Shown here in pieces: positions 12,601 through 27,878 of a DNA stretch of 64,000 nucleotides. The notes under the pieces are model-generated. The model had not been told where the DNA came from and ran no database searches. It was given only the letters and a program-made list of their open reading frames with translations. The stretch is taken from contig BDGG01000006.1 in NCBI GenBank assembly GCA_001949185.1, positions 1,222,827-1,286,826 of the forward strand, in the 5' to 3' direction. The position numbers and the translations under genes are program-made. The stretch is from Ramazzottius varieornatus (taxonomy: Eukaryota; Animalia; Tardigrada). How positions within the stretch are numbered: the stretch's first letter is position 1; every line of letters begins with the position of its first letter.

Positions 12601-14004
12601 GTAAGCCAGAGATCGCAGCGAAGCCAGGCTTTCTCACTGACCTGCATACACCGAACCCTACGGTGCTCGTGTGTAGAACGTCTGCAGGTGGTTTCGGAAG
12701 CTTGTCATTGACCTGCATACACATTTTTCTAAAGGTTGCGTCGATTATGTGTATACGATTGTGCGTTGTCGCAGATTAATTTTCTACCTGCATACAAAGT
12801 AGTGGACAGTTCCTGCAGGTTTACGTATGCAGGTGTGGCTTGTGATTGGTTTTCTGCTGATTCCTCTCTTCTCGTAGGTCAGACGATCTACTGTGGATTC
12901 CGAAGAACTGGTTGTGCTATCTAGCGCCTGAACTCTGCCAGAAGCTGCAGACACCTCGTCAGCACAAGCTGGCATTTCAACGTCATCGAGCCGTCCACGA
13001 TAGCCGCACACCCTTCGGCTTGCCATTCAACGTGGCCAGTGACGTCTACGCCTTCGGGACAATCCTGTACGAGCTCTGTACCGGGGCCTTCCCGAACCTG
13101 TGGTCGGCAACCAACGCTCAACGACTGAATACGAGCTCGTCCACTTCTTCCATACAGAGTGGACTCATGACGCCGCTGAGTGACACTCCAAATACGCCCG
13201 GCATGCTGGGACCTCCGACACCGATGTCGCTGTCTTCTATGCCGTTGAGGATGCCTCGCCCAGCTGACCCAAACCTCCCAGGTACTTTTCTAGTTACTGA
13301 TGCGATCAGAATATCGAATCAATTGGCCGAGAGCCCCACCACTTCCGGTTTAAGCGGCAGGGGACAAAACAGCGCGCTGCACTTGCACTTGCGTACGTGC
13401 ACGCTATAAGTTTAGGTTGGGTTTCTGTATGCAGGTGCTCGAAGGATGTCGAGTTGTTGATGCACCTGCATACTCGCGCACAACTATAATATCATAGGTT
13501 TCTGTATGGAGGTGCTTGGAAACGAGATACCGATATTTAATGACGTGTTTTTTGGTTTTAGGCTCACTGGAAGCAGCTTTCTACCTGATAGCTTCCGGCA
13601 CCCATCCCATCTTTAGGCTCTTCCGGTCGCGTCAACTCAACGTCTCTCACCGTTCGGCAGCATCCACCGCCACCACACCACCAAGCTCTCAGCTGGGTCG
13701 ACACCTCATCCAGACGCCCACGTTGACATCGCCACCGATGTCGCTGGCGATGGGCACGAATACGCCACCAACGCCCGTGCACACTCCCACCAACCTGCTC
13801 TCGCCCAGCCTCGAAGAAGCCGCAGCTCGAGAACTGACTGAACTGATCAGTGTCTGTTGGTCGGTTCAGCCACAGTTTCGTCGGGAGTTTCCCGACGTGT
13901 ATCAGATGCTGGAAAAAGTACCCAAGAAGAATCTGGCACGCAGCCCCTCGCATCCCGTTCACGGTAACGCACCGTTTCCTAAAGACAACATGTACCATCA
14001 TTGA
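3625..14004 (+). CDS. ksr: Kinase suppressor of Ras (KSR), multi-exon
   Basis: CC-SAM region (LQSLVDTSAQSLDAFRTHCSTSKELLIKDEIRMLE|GKLIQ; HPSLHQWLEIVGL), WDSW motif, C1 zinc finger (HVFKNHLFLTHCVCAYCEKTLRGVGRKCRHCRARFHP|ECAEKTPPSC), Raf-like kinase (GRGTFGEVHRGNWHGDVAIK, LRKTRHDNLVLFMGACM, WLCYLAPE, SDVYAFGT), C-terminal LARSPSHP. Approximate exons 3625-3816, 4081-4307, 4550-4677, 4800-5115, 5575-5771, 5832-6256, 6505-6859, 7102-7327, 7389-7703, 8876-9390, 9460-9614, 10002-10479, 10565-10666, 11822-12001, 12212-12600, 12879-13281, 13562-14004; AATAAA at 14261. Confidence 0.93.
4336..4503. repeat. Palindromic repeat family A (AAGTGGCGCAC-N25-GTGCGCCACTT), 2 units, KSR intron
   Basis: Two inverted half-site pairs; first loop shortened. 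Confidence 0.8.
5137..5413. mobile_element. Family A MITE-like element, 3 hairpin units, with outer termini AGCTC(C/G)GCAAA...TTTGCCGAGCT
   Basis: Both outer termini and three stem-loop units visible; KSR intron. Confidence 0.85.
6291..6414. repeat. Palindromic repeat family B (ACCTGCATAC-N29-31-GTATGCAGGT), 2 units
   Basis: Two inverted half-site pairs, each with a 29-nt loop; KSR intron. Confidence 0.8.
6893..7050. repeat. Family A, 2 units, KSR intron
   Basis: GTGGCGCAY-N25-GTGCGCCA twice. Confidence 0.8.
7896..7990. repeat. Family A element, left part (right terminus displaced to 8814-8825 by a hAT-type insertion)
   Basis: One stem-loop unit; TTGCCGAGCTCC terminus resumes after the second TSD copy. 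Confidence 0.75.
7999..8805. mobile_element. Non-autonomous hAT-type element
   Basis: Termini TAGAGCTGT...ACAGCTCTA; 8-bp TSD aggctagt/aagctagt (7/8); dense subterminal AAACC/GGTTT repeats at both ends. Confidence 0.85.
10801..11723 (-). mobile_element. Decayed, internally deleted mariner transposon in a KSR intron
   Basis: Perfect inverted repeats TCAGGTGCGGAAGTATGACTTGTTACTCC flanked by TA, resembling the Mos1 terminal repeat; ORF 10920-11180 (-) resembles the mariner transposase C-terminus (HT..KLQE..E.L..P....L.P..YH....QH) with YSPDL degenerate. Confidence 0.85.
12060..12186. repeat. Family A, 1 unit with degenerate termini, KSR intron
   Basis: GTGACGCAC-N25-GTGCACTACTT; ends in GAGCTCCC. 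Confidence 0.7.
12639..12836. repeat. Family B, 3 units, KSR intron
   Basis: ACCTGCATAC at 12640, 12711 and 12786, each followed ~30 nt later by an inverted copy (middle one degenerate). Confidence 0.8.
13386..13514. repeat. Family B, 2 units, KSR intron
   Basis: ACTTGCGTAC-N30-GTATGCAGGT, then ACCTGCATAC-N30-GTATGGAGGT. Confidence 0.75.
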
Positions 14005-15028
14005 AAATGTACATATGTGATTGTTTAAAGCTTTTAGTTAACCTTGATTCCTTGTTGTAAAGCGACTTTTGGACATGTTTTATTCGATTTGTCATTTTTG
14101 GACGGTGTTTTTCATCCCTTTATCTTACTACGAACGCTTTCTTTGTCTCCCGAGTTTTTGTTGTTTATGGTTTTGTCAGAAGATATTTTATTGTGTAGCG
14201 CAGGAGACGTAATGTTAGGAGGACCAGTCAATGCACAAGCTTTGAAAAGAAGACAGAGACAATAAACTTTCATTCGAGAAAATCTGATTAATCAAGACCC
14301 AAAAGGCAGTTGCAGTCAATCGATCGGTCAGCCATCACGGCGTACCAACCAATCAATCGAAATGGAAGTACCAAATTCGAGCATTCTTGACTCTTGATTG
14401 GGAGAAATTTTTGCCTTTCTGATTTCAGTGTGTCAAACAGCGCTGAACGGGTGATTTTCTCACCGAATTATCCAAGACACAGATCCGCTCAGCAAGATCA
14501 AGTACGGCCCACCTTAGAATGCCAGTTAACCAATCGTTGTTGCTACCTTTTCTAAAAACGAGTCCGAAACGTGGTTCGAACGCCGCTTCTCTAGTTCATT
14601 GGGTGGAATTTGTGCACTGATGATAAATTTCCCGTAGCATGTAGGTGGGGGCCAGGTCGTATGCGACAAACGGGTAACTTTTGATTTTAGGCCGAGAAAA
14701 TCATCCGTCCACCGCTGGTGTCAAATCGCGTGTTTCGGGAGAACGTCATTTGGTCTTCTATCCCTTCCTTTTCGGTTTCTTGTTCTGCCCTGTTTTACAT
14801 TCCTGTTATAGCTTGGGAGAAGCAGCGAAAGGTTGCGCTTTGTTCATTGTATATTTGTCGGGTCTGAGGAGCAACGGAGGGACGTTTGGGGGACAGGTTG
14901 ACAGTGCAAGGTAAGTTTGGACTTCTTCGTGCACTACCGTGTCTTCCCCCTCGGCTCGTCCCGTATGTATTTGTATCGTGTTCGTTGAAGTTATCTGCCT
15001 CTTCTCCGTTCCACAGCTTCTTTCGATA

Positions 15029-16842
15029 ATGAGAAGCCTGGGATCGGCCATCGTTTTCTTGGTGGACGACTACTTTCGCCACCCGCGGAATGCTCCTGTC
15101 GGGACGGCTTTCGTCGAAGCGGTCACGTTGGACCGAATCCGACCGCTGGATCCTCTAAAGCCAGTCAACGGACATTGGCGGAGTCTCCCATCGATGCTTG
15201 GTCATGACGATTGCCAAAGGTAAGCCCACTTGAAGTCGGTGTGAGTTCCTGAAACTTGACTTTGATGCTCGATACTGTCTTTGCAGCCACACCCATCGAC
15301 AAGCAGCTTCTCGCGGTGTACAGAGACAGAGCGTTACTTCGTGCTCGAGCTGTCTGCTGGACAGAAGGACTGGGCCTGACATTGGACTTGCCCAAACGGA
15401 CCGCGGCTGCGCCTGCCGCAGCTCCACATCCAGCTGCGGCTTTTCGTCGTCAGGTATGAGATGTCTGTCGTGTCTTAATCTGTCATGCATATTCGAAGAT
15501 TCAGCTTTCATCCGACTCAGACCGTCGTCTTAGGTTAAATCCACGTTTGCTCTCTTTAGGTTGGTCCTCCTCAAGCACCTGCCACCGTTCGAAAGACTCC
15601 GTATACCAGTAACCTCGCCACGCCTCCTTTAAACTCGTCCATTGCCGCAGCTTCTTCGAATGTCTTGCCAGCTTCCGATGACACCAGGATCAGAAGCACC
15701 TCCGCATTCGGATTGTGAAAGGTTAGTTCAGAGGCAGCTTGGGACTTCATAACCTTGCATTTTTTTATCGATAAAAGACGATAGAAATGCAGTAAAAAAT
15801 GTGCGACTACCGTAGATCGTGGTAGTGAGACTAAGTTAGTAGGTAACTGCCTTTATTTGATAACTCCAGGCGCCTCCTAAGAGAGCTCATTCGCTAGCTG
15901 TGGACGACGAAGATTCGGATTTCGACTCTGGCGGCGCTGTTCAAGTTGATGGACCGCGGTACCGGAAGAAGCGACCCTGCCAGCCGCAGTCGATCCAGAC
16001 GACCTTTCAGTCTCGCCCCTGCTTCGAAACATGATGAGATCGGTTGTAATATCCAGCGCAATCATAGCGCGAGCCAGAAAACTTCGTGCAGGGGAAAAAT
16101 TCTGACGTTTTATAAGATCTTTGCTGATGTTTTCGTCAAAAACCACATCTGAAGCTCGGAAGACAAACTCGACCAGATGATTGTTTGTCCTGCCTTGCGC
16201 AGTTTTACAGTGTTACGTACTGGAAAAGTGCGTCACTTGGGAAAACGATTCGGTCGGTCTTGATTACCGAGCTCACTGTTATGCCAGGAACGGGGCTGGG
16301 TATTAGTTTCGGAGTACACTGTGATGTCGAAACTCGGAGAAGTGTCAGACACGCTTTCAAAAAACATCGTTGCATAAGACTCAGCACCTAATTTCAGTAT
16401 TGTCGCTGAATTGTACTGTAGGAGCTGATAGTCAGAATATACAAGCTGCTCCAGTCGATATGATGTTTTAGTGCCAGCTGGAGAGCTTAATGGCGAAGAC
16501 CTACGAGCATTCCTACGAACAAAAGCGGCTGGTGGGAAAAAGCAGGAGGAAGCTGGCGGGTTGGTATTGTGTGAGCTCTTTAGCGCACACGAGCTGGCCA
16601 ACGGGCACTATAGTAAGCTGGATCTCACTAAGATCAAGAACAAGCCGGAAGCTGAGTTCGCTATTCTGCTGGACAAAGGGAAGTTGAAACTGGCCAAGGA
16701 GGTGCTTCAGGAGTGGCGCCTGTCCAAAGGTATCTGGTAACCTTTTGAAGACGAGCAATTCCCCAATGTCTGCCCTGCTGTTCGGCGCGCAGCTCGGAGC
16801 ATGGTAGGCGCCAAGGACGTCGGAATCACGCACCGATGCTAG
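15029..16842 (+). pseudogene. Unprocessed pseudogene paralogous to the BEN-domain gene at 21960-23503
   Basis: Exon-by-exon similarity: MRSLGSAIVF..PVGTAFVEAVTLDRIRPL vs MAKGGSAVIF..PMANSFVQAVAHERIFPL; HRCLVMTIAK vs HDCLVLTIDH (reached only by frameshift); DRALLRARAVCW vs DKKHLEARGARW; LCELFSAHELANG..LLDKGKL vs VEELFTKDEVKNG..ILDEQKM. Same intron positions; in-frame stops near 15716, 16032 and 16738; MITE insertion at 16152. Confidence 0.8.
16152..16275. mobile_element. Family A element inside the BEN pseudogene
   Basis: AAGCTCGGAAGACAAACTCGA...CCGAGCTC termini, one degenerate unit. Confidence 0.75.
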
Positions 16843-16891
16843 GTGAGATCTTCTCGTTTAGCAGTTCGCAACTCTATCCAAAAAACACTTG

Positions 16892-16995
16892 GAAGCTCGG
16901 CAATCAAACTCGACTAGATTGCTTCACCAAGTGGCGCACATTCTCAGTATTAATATCTGAAGCTTTCGCCACTTGCAAAAGCGAACTTGCCGCGG
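16892..16995. repeat. Family A, 1 unit
   Basis: AAGCTCGGCAATCAAACTCGA, AAGTGGCGCAC...CGCCACTT. Confidence 0.75.
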
Positions 16996-17552
16996 TTCCA
17001 TATATTGAGCTAATTAAATTTCTCCTTTCCGATACTCACCTGTTCAACGTCGCACGCAGAGTGTTTTAATTCTGACTGTTTTCGTTTCAGACTGTGGGCC
17101 GTGATGTGCGCCGAAGCTGACAACTCCGCCATGCAATTTTACGCCATCAGTTTTACCTCGCACCACAGGTAAAACGGTATTACGTTTTTCACGAATGAAC
17201 TTTTTTAGTTTTATTCTGAAGTTCCGCTTCAGATTGTTGGCTGCCCTTCTGCGACAAAAGAAAATTCAAGAAACATTCAATTTTATTCGTGAGGTGTTTC
17301 GTCATTTCTGGATTAATTTTTTTCTTTTGATATTACTTGTAAATTCCGAGCACCAAAACGGAATGAAACGAAACCCCTTTTGTTACCAGATGTGTGCAAA
17401 ACGCACGGAGAGTATCCTACATGTAAAAAACACAGCCAGAGTATTATCCCATTATCAGCAAGGCTCGAAAAACCAGAGAACCAATGCCCGATTAAAACAG
17501 TAAAAGCACGAATGTTGATACAGAGAAGAATACCAACACATAAGAAAGGAGC

Positions 17553-20436
<2,884 letters not shown>

Positions 20437-21133
20437 AAAGAAGATTCTGAAGAAGAGTCGCGGAATGTAGACTGGAGTGCGAATGAAGATCAGCTGATTG
20501 ACATGGATGTCCGTTTCGACGATCACTGCCTCAAGCTACCTTGTCTTGCGGTTGTTCAACTCGTCCGGAAACGATTGGTTTGCCTACAAACAACTGAAAG
20601 AAATGCAAACGATGGGCTGGCAGAAGCAAGCTCGTAAATTATGAAGCAACAAAGACGTGCAGAACGAACGACTTGTCCAAACAATCGACACTGACACGCT
20701 GTGATGTCAACCGTAAACAAGGAGCTTTCCCACCTCGACGCCTATGAGCCGTATTACTCACAAAGAAATGGCTGCCGTCAGAGCGGCCACACGTTCAGCA
20801 TCAGAACACCAGGCTGATAACGACAAACTCTATGACGTCAGTCAGTGGGGGTCTGCTCGGTTACCGATCAAGTGCTCTCGGGTCTGTATCGGATAACGCG
20901 GTCGAATCTTCTGTCTTATCCGCACATTCTTCCTGATTTTCTTCCTTGTGATTCGCGAAGATTTGTGTGGGGGAAAACCGATATCCGGAGTATTACTGCG
21001 GTCACTTAGTAAAAAGATTCCTGCTCAACTACCTCATCTCGCCTGAAAGATTAGAACTTTTCGTGGATCTCAGCTTGATGGCTCCGCCGATTCCGCACGG
21101 TTTTCCGCCCGAAAAGCACGCGGAATTACCCGC

Positions 21134-21190
21134 CGGTCCGAGAACGGACCCGCCGTTCTCGGACCCGCCGTTCTCGGACCCGCCGTGAAC
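21134..21190. repeat. Short tandem/inverted repeat of GGACCCGCCGTTCTC (~2.7 copies)
   Basis: 15-bp tandem unit preceded by an inverted partial copy GGTCCGAGAACGG. Confidence 0.8.
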
Positions 21191-21268
21191 GGTCTTTACA
21201 GTTTTGTGCTTTTGGAGGGAAGCGTAAAACGGCGAGGTTGTGCTTCCTGGAAGGATGAGAAAAAAAGG

Positions 21269-21416
21269 TACTGTAGTGCCACCAAATTATCGCGCACTCA
21301 ACCACGTGAACAGTAAATGATGCCCAGGTGAGAGCCAGCGAGGCTAAATTGATCACACTGGGTAGCGACGACTCATCACGTGGTTCAGTGCGCGATAATT
21401 TGGTAGAGCTACAGTA
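21269..21416. mobile_element. 148-bp MITE with TA ends
   Basis: ~40-bp imperfect TIR TACTGTAGTGCCACCAAATTATCGCGCACT... / ...AGTGCGCGATAATTTGGTAGAGCTACAGTA. Confidence 0.85.
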
Positions 21417-21441
21417 TATTATATAAATAGAACAAAAAGGT

Positions 21442-21512
21442 AGGTCGTACCGAGGGTCGAACTCGGGTCGACGGATTCAGAGTCCGACGTGCTACCACTA
21501 CACCATACAACC
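21442..21512 (-). tRNA. tRNA-Gln(CTG)
   Basis: GGTTGTATGGTGTAGTGGTAGCACGTCGGACTCTGAATCCGTCGACCCGAGTTCGACCCTCGGTACGACCT folds as a cloverleaf, anticodon CTG, A/B boxes, followed by a T5 Pol III terminator. Confidence 0.95.
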
Positions 21513-21959
21513 ATCACCGATTTTCAATTGTCATTTTATTGCTACAACTAAAATCAAGAACAGTTGGGAAGAATGTTGTTCTAGGATAATGATCTTTGGA
21601 CATGGGCACCTCATTCATCTGTTCTCGTTCAGAAAAAGAAACCTTCCGACCGTTTTCAACAGGATTTTATTCAAACTTTAAGCAACAAAAACACGTGTGT
21701 TACGATGTGTACATCACTCGACGACTGGAAAGCAAACTGCAGTTCACAGAGCATAGCTTCCTGATAATAAAGTAAGCTTCGAAAACTTTAGACAGGACCA
21801 ACCGTGAAAACCTTCTGGAAAGCAACTCAACGACCATCAAAGTAAGAAACGAATACGCACCATAAAACAATCAGTCACGATTTCTATTCCAGCAGCTTGG
21901 AACAATACCCTAAAGTTAATAAACCATCAACAACTTCCCAAAAACTTCAGAACGGAAAC

Positions 21960-23503
21960 CTAAACCTTCATTTTCTTGCTGGCACTTTCTTGTCTTTCTC
22001 CGGCTGCCGCGAGAGCCTGAAGACGCAGCTCCTTCTTGATTTCTCGCATATAGTTCCACAAACTCAGTTCAGATAAGAAGGCACGATTACCCGACTTTCG
22101 TCGCTTCCAGTTACAGGCAGCCTCGAGCACCGCCGCCATCTTTTGCTCATCGAGAATGGTGGCTGTGTCCTGTTCCGCGCTGGGCAGCTTGTTCAAAGCT
22201 CGCTGAGTGAAAACCCCGTTCTTAACCTCGTCCTTTGTAAACAGTTCTTCCACAGCCAACTGTACTGCCTTCTTGACAGTCTTAGCGTTAGTTACGATGT
22301 ACTGAGTTAAGGTTTGAGTGTCTGTTTCGACCCCTTTGGCATTGATTACGGCACGATTGGCAGGCTCACCAGACCATACGACTGGCAGGCTCACCAGACG
22401 TTCTTTAACTACGGAACCGAACGACACACGCTTCTGTGGCTTCTTTGATGGTTCGACGGAAGTAGCCCGAGCTACGGTGGGTGCCCGAACCCGGTGTCGT
22501 GAAGGAGGCATACTAGCTCGGTCGTTCTTCACTTGGCTAGCCGAACTTTCTTCTTCGTCATCCGAGTCGAAACCTTCCAGCATCCTGTAGCTGGCCACCG
22601 AAGCGGCGCGGCGCAGTCGATCCCGCGGAGGAGGAACCTTCAAGTCACGTACAGGAGCGAAGTTAGCCCCAGCTAACTATCAAACACAGAACAGAAACGG
22701 CTGAGAAATTCAGAAACTCGAAGTGAAAAATCCAGAAATTTTGTCCTCAGCTTCCGTCAGAATTCGCGTAGTATGAATGCGTACCTTTTTGCTGACTCGG
22801 GGCTGAGGGAGTTTCACCACAGGTTTCTTCGGCAAAGACTTCACGGTGACGAAGACGGGCGTTGGCTGAGCTAGGACATTCTGGAAGTTGGAAGGGTTCA
22901 GGGCGTTACGAGAAGGAGACGGATCAACTGACGCCCGTTTTGGAGCTGAAGCTTCGGGCTGGAAATGGAACCCACTGTTTGTCTCCAGCTTAAGGCTCTC
23001 TGCAATAAATTCTGAGCATACCTGAACCATCGCGGAGGACACTTGAGCAGGTGGAATCTCTGGAATGCCTGACTTTCGTTGAGGGCGACAAGCTGACGTT
23101 GTTCCATTCTGGTCTAACTTCAAGTCGGCCATCCAGCGAGCTCCGCGAGCTTCTAAGTGCTTCTTGTCCTTGGCTACAATGTCGTATTGCTCAGCAAGAG
23201 AACGGCCTGGAAATCGAAGAAACTCATGATCCTCCAACACTCACAAATCACAAGTTTAAATCCAGACTCTTGGGATTCGGGAGAAACCAACTCACCGTGA
23301 TCGATGGTCAGCACCAGGCAGTCGTGCATCTTTTCCTCGACTTCCACTTGGCAGACTGCTCGTTCATCCACTGTACCTCCAGGCAGGGGAAAAATCCTCT
23401 CGTGGGCTACAGCCTGGACGAAGGAATTGGCCATGGGTGGATCATGGTGGCATTTAATCCATTCGTTGTGCCAAAAAATGACGGCAGATCCTCCTTTGGC
23501 CAT
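21960..23503 (-). CDS. BEN-domain protein (414 aa) with an unassigned N-terminal domain
   Basis: Exons 23503-23296, 23206-23022, 22958-22785 and 22637-21960 join in frame; C-terminus LAVEELFTKDEVKNG...ILDEQKMAAVLEA fits the BEN pattern (Ll..lFt.eE ... LD..kl.ai). Confidence 0.72.
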
Positions 23504-24620
23504 CCTGATTCCTCCGGCGTCTGCATAAAGCCACCAACCAACAACCGGAATTTCGGAAGCTCTGTGCCTATAGATTGTGGAGAAAGCGAGGGATAAATAG
23601 GAGCGTGAAGCGGACAGAAGTAGCGAATCTGGAGAGTGAAGATTCTTGCCGGAAATGAGAGCACATCAGCACAAATTCCGCACAATTACACATAATGACT
23701 TTGATGGCTCCGTCAGGCACCTGCATGGCACCAACAGCACGTGCGAACCACCGATTTGTGTGCAGGCGGTTGAAATCACTGTGTGCATTAATGTACCGGG
23801 AGAATGCACGACAAAATAAGCTTTCGAAATGGGTGTTAACGAGAACCAGATGGCTTTAGCCAATCAAGTTTGAGCCTTTGCCCGGATGCGGTTTGGCCTG
23901 CTAAATTTTAACCCAGTGCAGTTTGTCATGCCATTCTATGTTTCTGCCCGCTGCATCAGTACGTCCCAGCCGATATGCTGGTGCGCAATACAAAGCGCGC
24001 TCACCGGCCAATGGCCGAACATGTTCAGAAGGCGTGTACAGCAAGTTGATTCGCCCCTTCGCAGATTCAAATCTGCTGTAGAGCCAGTCAAAAGCGAGCT
24101 AGTGCAACTTCCTGTCTGCCCTCTTTATCAACGGACGTCCCACACGGGCCTAGGGCAAGTGACGGCAAACTCGCGATTGTTGTCTTTTCGAAGGCCATTC
24201 AGGTAAATCCTGTTTGACGGGAAAGAAGGTGCATTCATCCATCCGATTCCCATCGTCGTCGGCAGCGTCTTCTTCTCCTAACGTGTCTCTCTACGCTTGT
24301 GAGAGCTGTTCTTCCCATCTCCAGAGTTCAATCCTTTATCCTCTCGTGAAAGGTAAGGGAACAGCTTGGCCGGCTTGATTTTAATAAGGTCTAAGTTTGG
24401 GGAGTCGAACGGTCGATCGGCTGGTTACTTCCGTCTGAACACAGCAGGAAGTGGTGGATCCTTCCTTGCGGTTATGGCTGGCTGGGTTACTCCTTGATAT
24501 TTGGAGCTTCCGCAGCAAGCCTGGGCGCTGTAATGTTCTGAGTTGTTTTTTTGCAGGCGAAGGAACGGACGTGTTGTCTCTGGAGTTGAATCAGCTGATC
24601 GAATCAAGCCGGAAAAAAAG

Positions 24621-27600
24621 ATGGCTCAAGCAGTGTAGGCTGTCTCCCTTTTTCTTCCCTTTTGATTGCTTCCTTCTTCACCTCATCTGTGTTGATTCTT
24701 GCAGAGGAGACATTGGAGTGATCGGGTTGGCCGTCATGGGACAGAACTTGATTATGAACATGAACGATCACGGCTTCGTTGTAAGTTATATCTTCCATTG
24801 TTTATTTTTCTGCTGAGTTGTCTGTGACGAGTGTTTCCTTTATCTTCTCCTTGCATTGATAATGTTATTGTACTAGGTTGTGGCGTTCAACCGTACGGTG
24901 GAGAAGGTGGACGACTTTCTGCAGCACGAAGCCAAAGGGTCCAAGGTGGTGGGGGCTCACTCCGTGGAGGAACTGGTCAAGAAGTTGAAGAAGCCTCGTC
25001 GTGTTATGGTAAGTCAAATTTCCTGCTTCTTGTATCCCTGCCCGCAACCACCGCAATCGTTTCTATTGCAGTTAATGGTCAAAGCTGGCTCGGCAGTGGA
25101 CGATTTCATCAACACACTCTTGCCACACCTGGAGAAAGGTACACTACGATGTGGTTCTTACTTCCTCCTTCCTGGTGCTGTTTGTAACTTGCTTGATTGT
25201 TGATTGGTAGGTGATATCATTATTGACGGAGGTAACTCGGAGTACACAGACACTCGCCGACGAACCAAGGAGCTGGAAGCCAAGGGCATCCTGTTCGTGG
25301 GCTCGGGGGTCAGCGGTGGCGAAGAGGTAAGTATTTTTGCTGCCGTTATTGCATCTCTGCCCTTTTCCTACGATCACTCCGAGCAAGGCCGTGCTCGGCA
25401 CGAACCTGGTAGGCATTTCCGCAGAAAAGGACGGAATTGACTCCACCTAACTCGAAGGTCTCCATGACTATGAGGTTTAACTCTTTCAGGGCGCTCGGCA
25501 TGGACCTTCGCTGATGCCAGGCGGATCCGCAGCGGCTTGGTAAGTTCTCTACTTTACCAACCGACTTTCCTATAGCGATAGGCCTAGGTGGCGCACTTAT
25601 TACCTGTTATTGGCTGTAAGCGAGGACCGGTTAGAAAAACGGTCTGCGCGAGTGTTTGCCGAGTTCCCATTCCCCAGAATATATCTGGTTTCCCAACTGG
25701 TTCTCATGGATGGTGGAATGTGTTTTGTAGGCCAGCGATTAAAGACATTTTTCAGGGAATCGCAGCCAAGGCTGACGGGGAGCCCTGCTGCGACTGGGTG
25801 GGCGAGGATGGCGCCGGTCACTTTGTCAAGATGGTCCACAACGGTATCGAGTACGGAGACATGCAGCTGATCGCGGAAGCCTATCACATCCTTCGTGATG
25901 TTGTCGGTATGAACAACGACCAAATGAGCGAGGTAAGACTTGTCTCTGAGCTTTTATCGAAGCCGGAAGTAGATCATCATTGTGGGTTTACTTTGCAGGT
26001 GATGGCCAAGTGGAACAAGGGCTTCCTCGATTCTTTCCTCATTGAGATTACCGCTGACATTCTCAAGTACAAGAACGAGCAAGGGCAGTATTTGGTGGAG
26101 CACATCCTGGATGCCGCGGGACAGAAGGGAACCGGCAAGTGGACAACCAGCGCGGCTCTGGACTTTGGAGTTCCTGTCACTCTCATCGGTAAGTACTTTA
26201 CGGTGACCGTACTTCGGTCAAATGGGACGTCGGCATTCGGCAGGTGAATACACCCAGATCGTTTTTTCCCCAAGTGACGCACACTCAGCTGGTAACAACG
26301 AGAAGTTGCGCCACTTGGGAACTCGACAAGATCGTTCTCCCCAAGTGGCGCCCGAGATTGGCTAACATAATGAAAACGTGCGCCACTTGAACAGCAATCC
26401 GGATGAAACCATTTGCCGATGTCTCTAATGACTTCCGCAGTTGCAAAGCAAAGACTACCGTGCTCCTAACTGATGTTTGTGTACGGGTTATCACAGGGGA
26501 AGCCGTCTTCGCCCGGTGTCTTTCTTCCCTGAAGGATGAACGCGTCAACGCCAGCAAGCAGCTGTCTGGACCCAAAGCCACCTTCACCGGAGACAAGGCC
26601 AAGTTCGTCGAACAAATCAGCCAGGTAAGTCGTATTTTCCATTCTCTTTTCTGCCAGAACAAGATGATGCTTCAACGAGCTGAGATGAGAGCTCGGCAAA
26701 CAAACTCGACAAAATCGTTTTCTTAAGTGGCGCACTCTGCCAGCCAACAGCAACATGAACGTGCGCCACTTGGGATGACGACCTGGTCCAGTTCATTTGT
26801 CCACATCCCAAATAAATGTGCAATCTGCTGGATTCTACTGATAGCTTTCATAGCGACCAGAAGCCGTCAGTTTTTTATCGTTGTTGCTGTTTATTGCAGG
26901 CTCTGTACGCTTCGAAGATCATCTCTTACGCTCAAGGCTTTATGCTGTTCCGTGAAGCGGCCAAACAGTTCAACTGGAAGCTCAACTACGGCGGCATCGC
27001 CTTGATGTGGCGCGGAGGCTGCATTATTCGCAGGTATTGTTGACAACCTTTTCCCTCATAGCACAGGTTCCGGTATTCCGGTCTGGAATAAAAATATACG
27101 CTGTCTTGTGTGTTCACAGTGCCTTTTTGGGTGACATCAAGAAAGCCTTTGCCACCAAGCCCGACTTGTCCAACCTCCTCTTGGATAGCTTCTTCAAGAA
27201 GGCCATTGCTGATTGCCAGGTGCGTCATCTCGTGCTTGGCCAGAATCTTTAAACTTTAAACATTCCTCGACGGCTGCTCGAACGTTGTGTATTGCAGGAT
27301 GGTTGGCGCCAAGTGGTGGCTACCGCGTCGATGCACGGCATTCCCATTCCGGCCATGAGTTCGGCCTTGTCCTTCTACGATGGATTCCGCCATGAACGTC
27401 TACCTGCTAACCTCATTCAGGTAGGGAAGATTTTACTCTCTTTACTCGCTAGGAGTCGTCGGAAAATGAATCGAACATGATTGTCTTCCCAAGTGGCGCA
27501 CGCTCTCAGCCAGTGACAGTGAAACCGTGCGCCGCTTGGGATACCGATTATGTTCAATTCATTTGCCGACGTCCCAGTCTGAAGTTTTTCTACGGAACAC

Positions 27601-27878
27601 TTATCAAGGCCGTGCCCGCCGCAAACTTGACTGGAGTTGTCGTAGAAAAAGGGCCGAATTGACTAGTGTCCAAAATATCTTCGCAGTTGACCTGTAGTCT
27701 CATCTTTGGGTGTTTGTTGAAGGAAGATGTGCTAATGGCATATCTTTTTTTATTGCAGGCTCAACGGGACTTTTTCGGAGCGCACACCTACGAGCTGCTG
27801 TCGGCACCTGGGCAGGTTGTCCATACCAACTGGACCGGTCGTGGCGGCAACGTCTCTGCCTCTTCCTACAAAGTCTAG
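24621..27878 (+). CDS. Pgd: 6-phosphogluconate dehydrogenase, decarboxylating, multi-exon
   Basis: [89 protein letters not shown]. Confidence 0.97.
26229..26420. repeat. Family A, 2 units, 6PGD intron (further copies at ~25540-25665, ~26688-26800 and ~27455-27570)
   Basis: AAGTG(A/G)CGC...GCGCCACTT stems in four different 6PGD introns. Confidence 0.8.

Noticed and set aside
13564-14001. Long antisense ORFs over exons (also 9961-10479, 58355-59002, 61189-61812)
   Set aside because: Shadow frames of GC-rich coding sequence with no motifs of their own
20833-20840. TGACGTCA (CRE) upstream of NDR and at several other positions
   Set aside because: An 8-mer found in introns and intergenic DNA alike; no independent support for function
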